Notes under the pieces: model-generated | What the model was told of the DNA's origin: nothing | The model's input: only the letters and a program-made list of their open reading frames with translations | Database searches by the model: none | Shown here: positions 27,848 through 34,580 of the stretch, in pieces | Numbering within the stretch: position 1 is the first letter of the stretch | How the letters are laid out: each line of letters begins with the position of its first letter | Translations under genes and position numbers: made by a program | NCBI GenBank assembly: GCA_021847385.1 | Contig: JAJZTV010000001.1 | Span: 1-34,580 of the forward strand | DNA: 34,580 nucleotides | Reading direction: 5' to 3' | DNA from: Pseudomonadota bacterium | GTDB taxonomy: Bacteria; Pseudomonadota; Gammaproteobacteria; Burkholderiales; Thiobacillaceae

Positions 27848-28614
27848 AAAACGCCACGCTCGATCAACTCGCTGCACAAAGCCATATAGTCCTGCGCACC
27901 GTGACTGGCATGGGCGTGATCGAACACATCGCGGTTATAGGCCGGGCTCTCGGCAATCGACACGTTCTCGGCGATCACCGTCTCGCACACCTCGTCGCCG
28001 AAACGTTCCATCATCCGGGTCAGAATCTCACCGCTCATCTTGCGCCGCCGGTCATAGCGAGTCAGCACGTAGCAGCGCTGCACGCGGCGCTTGAGCACCG
28101 GCTCGAGCAGATCCAAGGTGCGCTCCATCTCGGCCGCTGCCTGCAGGGAAAGAAAATCGGTCGATACCGGAATCAATAGGCAATCCGCCGCAAACACCGC
28201 GTTCAAGGACAACACGCCGACATAAGGGCAACAATCGATCAGCGTCGGCCGCGCCCCCTCCTCTTTCTCCAGGGCGTCCAAACCCTGGCGCAGGCGATTG
28301 AGCACCGCCGGCCCTTTGCCGAAGATCGAATCGACCTTCATCATCTGCTGGTGCGACGGGATCAGATGACCGACCGCCTCCCATACCAGCCTCAACTGCC
28401 GCAAGCTCTTGCCATCCTGATAAAACGCAAAAAGACTATTGCCGACCTCGGTCCGGGTCGTGCTGTAGATATGGCTCAGATGCCCCTGCGGATCGAGGTC
28501 GATCAACAGCGGGTCGCGCTCACGCCGACGCAGGGCCGCCGCCAGATTCAGCGTCGTCGTGGTCTTGCCCACCCCACCCTTCTGATTGAAGATCGCCAGT
28601 CGCCCCACCGTCAC
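27844..28614 (-). CDS. Orphan ParA-family ATPase
   Basis: NQKGGVGKTT, IDLDPQ, IDCCP and IAENVSIAESP. No parB adjacent. Confidence 0.9.
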   Translation of the reverse strand: MTVGRLAIFNQKGGVGKTTTTLNLAAALRRRERDPLLIDLDPQGHLSHIYSTTRTEVGNSLFAFYQDGKSLRQLRLVWEAVGHLIPSHQQMMKVDSIFGKGPAVLNRLRQGLDALEKEEGARPTLIDCCPYVGVLSLNAVFAADCLLIPVSTDFLSLQAAAEMERTLDLLEPVLKRRVQRCYVLTRYDRRRKMSGEILTRMMERFGDEVCETVIAENVSIAESPAYNRDVFDHAHASHGAQDYMALCSELIERGVF

Positions 28615-28697
28615 TCCTCATCCGTACCGGCACCGTGCCGGGACATGTTCTGTGCGGCTTATCCTTGCTGTTCTGCTGCGCGCCCAGGGCTGGGCAT

Positions 28698-28728
28698 AAG
28701 ATACCCGCGTTTCGCGGAGCTGTGTCAA
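28698..28728 (-). promoter_or_regulatory. Promoter candidate for parA with 19-bp spacer
   Basis: Minus strand TTGACA-N19-TATCTT with the dyad CCGCG-aaa-CGCGG in the spacer. Confidence 0.4.
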
Positions 28729-28903
28729 GCCATACAGTCGGCCCGCATTGCGAAACGATCTGCCGTTATCCGCAGCCGGGAAACTCGCCCCGTCGATATT
28801 GAAGAAACATCAACTCACAATGAACCGTCACTTCTCGACTGCCCCCGCTGCCAGAAAACCCCTGACACCATCCCCCATTCGGCGCAGTGCTGCGCGACTG
28901 CGC

Positions 28904-29716
28904 CTACTTTTGCACCGCCTTCGCCGCCAGCGCATTCAACACCTTCGCTGCGGCCAACATGCCGAACACCGAGGTCACGCAGGCGGACGAACCGAAACCG
29001 GCGCAGTTGAGACCGTGGATGTGGGCGTCCTCCGGTTTTTCATAGCAAACGCCGCCCTCGGCGCTGGGATAGATCAAGGGTTCGGTGGAATAGACGCAAT
29101 CGACGCCGAATTTCTTCTTCGGCTCGCGCGGGAAGTTGTGTTCCTTGCGCAGCTTGCTGCGCACCTTGGACAGCAGCGGGTCTTGGCTGGTGCGGGCGAG
29201 GTCGTCGAGCTGGATGCGGCTCGGGTCGACCTGGCCGCCGGCGCCGCCGATGCAGACCAGCTTGAGCTTGCGCCGCTTGCAATGGGCGATGAGGGCGACC
29301 TTGGCACGGGCACTGTCGATAGCGTCGACCACATAGTCGTACTTGTCGTGCAGCAGGGTTTCCAGGTTGTCCCCGGCCAGGAATTCCTCGACCAGGTTCA
29401 CCTTGCAGCGCGGGTTGATCGCGGCGATGCGCTCGCGCATGGCCAGCGCCTTGGCCTTGCCCAACTCAGTAGTCAACGCGTGGACCTGGCGGTTGATGTT
29501 GGATTCGGCGATGTGGTCGGGGTCGATCAGGGTCAATTCGCCGATGGCGGTGCGGGCCAGGGCCTCGGCCACCCAGGAGCCGACGCCGCCGATGCCGATG
29601 ACGCAGACGTGGGCCTGCTGGAAGCGTTCGAAGGCGGCCGGGCCATAGAGCCGGCGCACGCCGCCGAAGCGGCGCTCGAAGTCGAGGGCGTGTTCGGCCT
29701 CGAACAGATCGCTCAC
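28904..29716 (-). CDS. tcdA: tRNA threonylcarbamoyladenosine dehydratase (ThiF/E1-like)
   Basis: RFGGVRRLYG, GIGGVGSW, ESNINRQ, VVDAID, QDPLLSKVR, VYSTE and NCAGFGS. GTG start overlaps the upstream stop. Confidence 0.92.
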   Translation of the reverse strand: MSDLFEAEHALDFERRFGGVRRLYGPAAFERFQQAHVCVIGIGGVGSWVAEALARTAIGELTLIDPDHIAESNINRQVHALTTELGKAKALAMRERIAAINPRCKVNLVEEFLAGDNLETLLHDKYDYVVDAIDSARAKVALIAHCKRRKLKLVCIGGAGGQVDPSRIQLDDLARTSQDPLLSKVRSKLRKEHNFPREPKKKFGVDCVYSTEPLIYPSAEGGVCYEKPEDAHIHGLNCAGFGSSACVTSVFGMLAAAKVLNALAAKAVQK

Positions 29717-29985
29717 TGGCCGGCGTCTTCCTTGGCCTGGGCCTCGTGGTCGAGTTCGGCCTTGACGACGGTGAGGGCGTCGAGCAGGGTCTCTTCGCTC
29801 AAGCCGTTGAGATGTTCTGCCAGCATCTCGGCGGCGTCGATGGTGTCTTGGTCGTCGGGCAGCGAGTCGCTGTCCAGGTTGGCCACCAGCACGGCGGCGG
29901 CGCCGACCACTTGCAGCAGGCGCTGGCGCTCGGTCATGAGCAGTTCGATCTCTTCTCTCAGGAGGGTGACTTCCTGGTCGTTCAT
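29713..29985 (-). CDS. Small acidic hypothetical protein
   Basis: MNDQEVTLLREEIELLMTERQRLLQVVGAAA; high GC at third codon positions; coupled to tcdA by a GTGA overlap. Confidence 0.75.
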   Translation of the reverse strand: MNDQEVTLLREEIELLMTERQRLLQVVGAAAVLVANLDSDSLPDDQDTIDAAEMLAEHLNGLSEETLLDALTVVKAELDHEAQAKEDAGQ

Positions 29986-30077
29986 GGCGCCGTGCGGCAT
30001 GGTGTTTCCTTCCGTTCATTGCAAGTGAGCGGGATAATAGGCGCACTCCCCATCGCCCGCAAACTAAACCGCTCACC

Positions 30078-30911
30078 ATGCCGCTCTCACCCTATGTCTT
30101 CGATGCCAACCGCGCCAATTTCAACGAGCTGGTGCTGGGCAACTCGCGCAAGGGCTTGGTGCTGGTGCATTTCTGGACGCCCAAGGCCGGCCCCTGCCTG
30201 ATGCTGATGCCGCGCCTGGTGCAATTGGCGAGCGACTATGGCGGCCGCTTTCTTTTGGTGATGGCCAATACCGACGAGATCGGCAACCTCGCCCGCGAGC
30301 ATGGCGTGACCAGCGTGCCGACGGTGAAGTTCTTCCTGAACGACGAAGTGGTGCACACCGTCCACGGTGCCGAACCGGACAGCACCTTCCGCGCGGCGCT
30401 GGCCCGCTTCGTCGCCCTGGCCAGCGACCCGGTCCGGCAGCAGGCGCTCAAGGCCCATCAGGAAGGCCGCACCGAGGACGCCATCGCCCTGCTCGCCCGC
30501 GCCGCGGTGGATCACCCGGACGATCTGTCGATCAGCGCCGATCTGGCCAAGCTGCTGTTGCTCTCGGGTCAGCCAGCCCAGGCCTTGGGCCTGCTTACAG
30601 CCTTGCCTGCGGAAGCCCGCCGTGATGGCCGCATCGCCCCGCTGCTGGGCCACCTGGAACTGATCGCTGCCGCCGAGCAGGCACCTGAGCTCCTCGTTGC
30701 CGGCACGCCAGAAGTCCGCCTGTGCCTGGCCGCCCGCGCATTGTTGGCAGATCGTATGGAAGAATCCATGGAGGGGCTGCTGCAACTCGCTCTCGCAGCG
30801 CCCGACTTCCGCGACGACATCGGCCGCCGCGCGCTGATCACCCTGTTCAACCTGCTCGGCGCGGAGCACGAACTGACCCGGCGCTACCGCGCCAAGCTCG
30901 CCGGCCGTTGA
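30078..30911 (+). CDS. cnoX: Thioredoxin-TPR chaperedoxin (YbbN/CnoX-like) with atypical active site
   Basis: VLVHFWTPKAGPC, GVTSVPTV, GAEP, TPR-like helices and C-terminal LITLFNLLG..RYRAKL. Confidence 0.8.
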   Translation: MPLSPYVFDANRANFNELVLGNSRKGLVLVHFWTPKAGPCLMLMPRLVQLASDYGGRFLLVMANTDEIGNLAREHGVTSVPTVKFFLNDEVVHTVHGAEPDSTFRAALARFVALASDPVRQQALKAHQEGRTEDAIALLARAAVDHPDDLSISADLAKLLLLSGQPAQALGLLTALPAEARRDGRIAPLLGHLELIAAAEQAPELLVAGTPEVRLCLAARALLADRMEESMEGLLQLALAAPDFRDDIGRRALITLFNLLGAEHELTRRYRAKLAGR

Positions 30912-31708
30912 GCACCCTGGCCTGGATACCCGACTTCGACGCTCTGCCCTTGTGCGGCAGCGTGGCGCATTGGGCCGGGCAGTTCCGCAACGAGCATGAC
31001 TGGCCGCGCACGGCGCAACTCAACGCCCTGGCCCAGGCGCAAGACCTGCGCAACGGCGCCGACCGACCCGTGCGCTTTGTCGAGCAGACCGCCGCCTGCG
31101 GCCAACTCGATTACGAGCAGCAGATTCTCGACAGCGGCCAGGTGCCCACCCGCGCGGCCAGTGCCCACGACTTCTTCAATGCCCTGATCTGGCTGACCCT
31201 GCCGCAAACCAAGGCCACGCTCAATGCCGTGCAGTGCCGCGAATTGGCCAATGCGCCCAAGGGCCAGCGCAGCCCGGCCTCGAACGCCGCCACCTTGTTC
31301 GACGAGAGCGGCCTGGTGCTGGTGGCACGCGATGCCGAACTGGCCGAGCTGCTGCGGGCCAAACAATGGCAGGCGGCATTCTGGGAACGGCGCGCACGCT
31401 GGCATGACGCGCGCCTCTATGTAATCGGCCACGCTGTGTTAGAGAAGGCATTGGCCCCCTATCCCGGCATAACCGGCAAGTGCCTGTTCCTGCAAGTGGA
31501 TGCGCTACCCGAGCCTGGGCCGCCGCCGGCGACGCTGGATACCGCCATCGCCCGAGCCTGGCTGGACGGCGCGGTGCAAAAGCCGGCCGACCTGTTCGTG
31601 ATGCCGGTGCTGGGCGTGCCGGGTTTCGACCCGGCCAATGGGGATGCACGCTACTACGACAACACCGAGGTGTTCCGGCCGCCACGCAGTGCAGCCGGCA
31701 CCGAGTAG
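30908..31708 (+). CDS. DUF3025 family protein
   Basis: YEQQI..GQVPTR..HDFFNALIWL.PQTK, ATLFDESG, GHAVLEK, PVLGVPG and YYDNTEVFRP. TTG overlaps the cnoX stop. Confidence 0.82.
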   Translation: MSTLAWIPDFDALPLCGSVAHWAGQFRNEHDWPRTAQLNALAQAQDLRNGADRPVRFVEQTAACGQLDYEQQILDSGQVPTRAASAHDFFNALIWLTLPQTKATLNAVQCRELANAPKGQRSPASNAATLFDESGLVLVARDAELAELLRAKQWQAAFWERRARWHDARLYVIGHAVLEKALAPYPGITGKCLFLQVDALPEPGPPPATLDTAIARAWLDGAVQKPADLFVMPVLGVPGFDPANGDARYYDNTEVFRPPRSAAGTE

Positions 31709-31726
31709 CCGGCCGCCACCGTTCTG

Positions 31727-32431
31727 TTATTTGCGCGCCTTGATCTCGTTGATCAATTCGATCTGGACCTCCTGGATATCCACCAGACGTTCCCATTGAT
31801 GCGACAGCAGATGGTCCAGCTTCTGATGCAGATGCCGTATCTCCAGCTCGGCCTTGAGGTTGACCTGATAGTCGCGCACCGCCCGCAGCCGATCGCGCGC
31901 CTCCTGGCGATTCTGGCTCATCATGATCACCGGCGCTTGGATCGCAGCCAAACAAGATAAGTAGAGATTCAACAGGATGTAGGGATACGGGTCGAAGGGC
32001 CGTGCCGTCAGCACATAGGAGTTGAGCAACATCCAGCAAAGCACCACCAGGCCGAACAGGATCAGGAAGGTCCAGCTACCGCCGAATTCGGCGATGCGAT
32101 CGGCCAGCCGTTGCCCGAAGGTGAGCCCCGCACCGAATTCCTCATCGGCATTGACCGAGAGGGTTTCCTGTTTTTGCAGGCTTTCCAGTACTTCCTGCTC
32201 GAGCTGAGTCAGTTCGCCCTTCTCGGCCTTGAGCACTTCCTCGACATAGCGATGCTGATACTTTTGCAGATCGTCGACGCAGATCCAGCCCTCCTCGTCC
32301 CATTTCCCGGTCTCGCGCTGAATCAGGTCGGCCAAGACGTGCCGCACGATCGCCGCGGAGCGCAATACCCCTGGGTGCTCGGTGCCGCACACCTGACAGC
32401 GCCTCTTGGCTCGACTGCTTACATGGTTCAT
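31727..32431 (-). CDS. DUF1003 family membrane protein with Cys-containing N-terminal domain
   Basis: ADRIAEFGGSWTF, FDPYPYILLNL, QAPVIMMSQNRQ and LHQKLDHL. Confidence 0.9.
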   Translation of the reverse strand: MNHVSSRAKRRCQVCGTEHPGVLRSAAIVRHVLADLIQRETGKWDEEGWICVDDLQKYQHRYVEEVLKAEKGELTQLEQEVLESLQKQETLSVNADEEFGAGLTFGQRLADRIAEFGGSWTFLILFGLVVLCWMLLNSYVLTARPFDPYPYILLNLYLSCLAAIQAPVIMMSQNRQEARDRLRAVRDYQVNLKAELEIRHLHQKLDHLLSHQWERLVDIQEVQIELINEIKARK

Positions 32432-32557
32432 GGCATCCGTCCTCGCTTCACAGACGACAAGTTCATGAGGAATGCTTGGTAAGACGCACCATCATAGCCA
32501 CATATCGGCTGGATGTTCCCTTTCCATTATGTAAGGTGCCGAAAATCAGAACCCCGC

Positions 32558-33415
32558 TCAGGAACGCATAACCGAGGCCTTGCTTTGCACCAGTCGGCCG
32601 TCTCGATAATCGCGCATGGCTTGCTCGATCTCTTGCCGACTGCTCATCACGAAGGGGCCGTATTGCACGATAGGCTCACCGAGTGGACGACCGGCGACCA
32701 GGATGAAACGCGCGCCCTCTGCATCGGCGGTCAACTCGACCGCATCGCCCGCGCCGAGCACGGCCAGGCTGTGCCGGGGCAAGACGGTGCCGGCCACGCT
32801 GGCACTGCCTTCGAAGACATAGACGAAGGCGGTCGCCGCCGGATCGAGCGCGTGGTCGAAGCCGATGCCGGCAGCGAGCCGCACGTCGAGGTATTGCACC
32901 CGGGTATGCGGGTCTGCAATCGGCCCGGTCTGGCCACCATATTCGCCGGCCAACAGCCGCACCTGCATGCCGTTGCCGGCGACCTCAGGGATCGCCTCGG
33001 GCGAAAACTCCTGATAACCGGGCTCGCTCATCTTCTCGGCGGCGGGCAGGTTGACCCACAACTGAAAGCCGCGCATCAGGCCGTTGCTCTGCTGCGGCAT
33101 CTCGGAATGGATGACGCCGCTGGCCGCCTTCATCCATTGCGCTCCACCGGCCCGCAGGTCGCCGCGGTTGCCCATGCTGTCCTGATGCAGCATGTGGCCG
33201 TCGAGCATATAGGTGACGGTGACGAAGCCGCGATGCGGGTGATCGGGAAAACCGGCGATGTAGTCGGTGGGGTCGTCGCTGCTGAAATGGTCCAACATCA
33301 AAAAGGGGTCGAGGTTCTTCAGTGCCGGCGTGCCGATGGTGCGATGCACGGTGACACCGGCGCCCTCGGACACCGCCAAGGCCGGGATCGGTCGCTGTAC
33401 GCTGCGTGTTGTCAT
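32558..33415 (-). CDS. Pirin family protein
   Basis: DPFLMLDHF, HPHRGF, HQDSMGN, QWMKAASGVIHSE, QLWVNLP and GPFVM. Confidence 0.93.
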   Translation of the reverse strand: MTTRSVQRPIPALAVSEGAGVTVHRTIGTPALKNLDPFLMLDHFSSDDPTDYIAGFPDHPHRGFVTVTYMLDGHMLHQDSMGNRGDLRAGGAQWMKAASGVIHSEMPQQSNGLMRGFQLWVNLPAAEKMSEPGYQEFSPEAIPEVAGNGMQVRLLAGEYGGQTGPIADPHTRVQYLDVRLAAGIGFDHALDPAATAFVYVFEGSASVAGTVLPRHSLAVLGAGDAVELTADAEGARFILVAGRPLGEPIVQYGPFVMSSRQEIEQAMRDYRDGRLVQSKASVMRS

Positions 33416-33444
33416 GGCGGAAATCTCCGTGGATGTTGTCGGTT

Positions 33445-33861
33445 TCAGGCCGCCGCGCGGACCGCGGCATTACCCGGACGCAGTGCATAGGCTCCCGCCC
33501 CGAGCAGGGCTTGAACGACCATCAGCATCGCCAGCAAAACCGGATATTCCCAACCGCCATGGGGGTTGCTGAATACCCAGCCGTTGGCCCAGTGTACGCT
33601 GGCTGCGCCGAGCATGACCGGCACCAAGGACAGTGCGACCCAAGAGGTGGCGACGCCGCCGAGCAGCATGATGCCTCCGGCCAACTCCATGGCGACGACC
33701 ACATAGGCCAGCCAACCTGGAAAACCGACCGAGGCGAAAAACTGCACCGTGCCCGGCATCGTAAAAACCAACACTTTGAGCAAACCGTGGGCGATGAGCA
33801 TGCTGCCCAGGCTCAGGCGCAGGACCAGGGCGGCGTATGCCACTTCGTTCGTTCGATACAT
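33445..33861 (-). CDS. DoxX family membrane protein
   Basis: LRLSLG..AHGLLK, ELAGG, VHWANGW and GGWEYP. GGAAGGAG RBS before ATG 33861. Confidence 0.9.
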   Translation of the reverse strand: MYRTNEVAYAALVLRLSLGSMLIAHGLLKVLVFTMPGTVQFFASVGFPGWLAYVVVAMELAGGIMLLGGVATSWVALSLVPVMLGAASVHWANGWVFSNPHGGWEYPVLLAMLMVVQALLGAGAYALRPGNAAVRAAA

Positions 33862-33883
33862 GACGGTCACTCCTTCCGATAGC

Positions 33884-34126
33884 TCAAGCGTTGTTGTGGC
33901 GGCCATCGCAGAACGGCTTGTTGGCCGAGCGGGCGCAGGTGCACAGCCAGGCCGTCTTGCTCTCCTCGGCCGTGTAGACGCGCGGCGTGATGTCGGTACC
34001 GGCGTGCGAGCCGTCGCAGAAGGGCTTGTTGCCGCTGCGGCCGCAGGCGCAGAGGTAATACGGTTTGCCGGCTTCGAGCTGCACTTCGACCGGACCGGTG
34101 GCGGGTTGGGAATTGGATTGGCTCAT
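33884..34126 (-). CDS. Tandem CDGSH iron-sulfur protein (MiNT/CISD3-like)
   Basis: CACGRSGNKPFCDGSH and CTCARSANKPFCDGRH. GGAGG RBS. Confidence 0.93.
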   Translation of the reverse strand: MSQSNSQPATGPVEVQLEAGKPYYLCACGRSGNKPFCDGSHAGTDITPRVYTAEESKTAWLCTCARSANKPFCDGRHNNA

Positions 34127-34240
34127 GCGGCTTGTCCTCCAAAAAGGTTTAGGGCTGCGATCGATACGCTCGATTCGAGCGCATGCGGCACATTATTTTT
34201 GTTGTACGAAAAAGAATAAATATCGATAATTTGAAATTAT

Positions 34241-34259
34241 TGTTCTCATAATAAGAACA
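34241..34259. promoter_or_regulatory. LysR-type binding site (T-N11-A dyad)
   Basis: TGTTCT-cataata-AGAACA in the AT-rich divergent region, immediately before the lysR ATG. Confidence 0.6.
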
Positions 34260-34261
34260 CA

Positions 34262-34580
34262 ATGGACCGCTTCGCCGACCTGCAAACCTTCGTAGCCGTG
34301 GTCGAGGCCGGCGGCATCAGCGCCGCCGCCGATCGGCTGAACATCGCCAAATCCGCGGTCAGCCGCCGGTTGACCGAACTGGAGGCGCATCTGGGCGTGC
34401 AGCTCTTCCAGCGCAGCACCCGCCGGCTCAATCTAACCGACAGCGGCCAGGGCTTCTACGAGCGCTGCCTGCGCATCCTGGCCGATCTGGAAGAGGCGGA
34501 ATCCGCCGTGTCGCAAGCGCACACCACCTTGCGCGGCAAGCTGCGTGTGGCGCTGCCATTGTCTTTCGGGCTCAGATCGG
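34262..34580 (+). CDS. LysR-family regulator (CrgA/DmlR-like), truncated by the window end
   Basis: Translated by hand: MDRFADLQTFVAVVEAGGISAAADRLNIAKSAVSRRLTELEAHLGVQLFQRSTRRLNLT..LRGKLRVALPLSFG. Confidence 0.92.
   Translation, partial: MDRFADLQTFVAVVEAGGISAAADRLNIAKSAVSRRLTELEAHLGVQLFQRSTRRLNLTDSGQGFYERCLRILADLEEAESAVSQAHTTLRGKLRVALPLSFGLRS

Noticed and set aside
33210-33245. Pirin HPHRGFVT instead of the common HPHRGFET
   Set aside because: The metal ligands (HxH and HxE) are intact, so this is most likely subfamily variation.
1-34580. Mobile element, prophage or recognised anti-phage defence system
   Set aside because: No integrase, transposase, terminal repeats, tRNA attachment site or known defence gene seen; AT-rich patches are confined to intergenic promoter regions.

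Overview
GC-rich chromosomal window that looks betaproteobacterial (inferred from gene content and order). It is densely coding, with no tRNA, rRNA, CRISPR array, transposase or phage gene seen. Left to right: a copper-resistance module (Tat-exported two-domain multicopper oxidase and TolC-like lipoprotein, divergent from cusRS with a cop/cus box); pgi-HDOD-sirB2; the comEC/DUF2062/PilZ/lolDC locus; yjbQ, DUF2189, tal and an RpfE-like gene; a methyltransferase; an EAL-CBS-GGDEF protein; an OmpA-TSP3 protein; a compact four-gene nuclease/hydrolase cluster (DUF99, DUF72, RNase Z-like, Ap4A-type NUDIX); a Met-rich Spy/CpxP-like protein and a Tat-FecR-like protein; rhlE with a structured leader; an EAL-CZB protein; an orphan ParA; tcdA; cnoX-like with DUF3025; DUF1003; and a LysR-linked CDGSH-DoxX-pirin operon. 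The best candidates for new biology are the DUF99/DUF72/RNase Z/NUDIX cluster (its DUF99 gene carries an exact in-frame 30-bp duplication), a pseudoknot-like RNA element in the rhlE 5' UTR, and the EAL-CZB phosphodiesterase. All family calls come from motif recognition by eye; no database searches were run.
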